The position numbers and the translations under genes were made by a program. Shown here one piece after another: positions 63,410-64,000 of a DNA stretch of 64,000 nt (positions within the stretch are counted from its first letter, which is position 1; the number at the start of each line of letters is the position of its first letter). The stretch lies in the NCBI GenBank assembly GCA_033442325.1, contig JAWQFM010000004.1:245510-309509 (forward strand), read 5' to 3'. Below the pieces are notes generated by a model that ran no database searches, was not told the origin of the DNA, and was given only the letters and a program-made list of their open reading frames with translations. This DNA is from Salpingoeca rosetta (Eukaryota; Protista; Choanoflagellata).

Positions 63410-63541
63410 CCTCACGCGTGTGTGTCTCGTGTTCAGTGGTGTGTGCGTGTGTGTGTGTGTGTGTGTGCATGAAAAAAAGAGACATGCACAAAACCGCGCA
63501 CTCCCCCAATACACCAAGCACCACAACCAACAACGACGAGA

Positions 63542-64000
<459 letters not shown>

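Overview
Eukaryotic, intron-rich genomic DNA saturated with (GT/CA)n and (TTG/CAA)n microsatellites, with five N-gaps. Style and gene content suggest a choanoflagellate, probably Salpingoeca rosetta-like (inference). Most ORF-track entries are microsatellite artefacts, so I rebuilt the genes by hand from GT-AG junctions. In order: 3' end of a TruB pseudouridine synthase (+), polyQ C2H2 zinc-finger factor (-), delta-tubulin (-), GOT1 (+), SSXT/SS18-like protein (-), TAM41 (+), a Hedge-VWA-cadherin-like type I membrane protein (+), a large secreted Thr-rich mosaic protein (-), a stripped-down Hip/ST13 homolog (-), ALDH16 with catalytic Cys (+), a Zn-binding/coiled-coil/PDZ protein (+), INTS11 (-), an intronless secreted 7-bladed beta-propeller (+), NAA25 (-), and the first exon of an unknown gene (+). 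The highlight is the 18.7-29.7 kb cell-surface pair. The first gene is a compact 'mini-hedgling' whose Hedgehog N-terminal domain is split by an intron and has lost its Zn and Ca ligands. It lies tail-to-tail with a mucin-like secreted protein that combines animal-type modules (kringle, furin-like), FAS1 domains and bacterial-type carbohydrate-binding/adhesin modules (DNRLRE/CBM96-like, xanthan-lyase-CBD/golvesin-like). All homology calls are from motif recognition; no searches were run.
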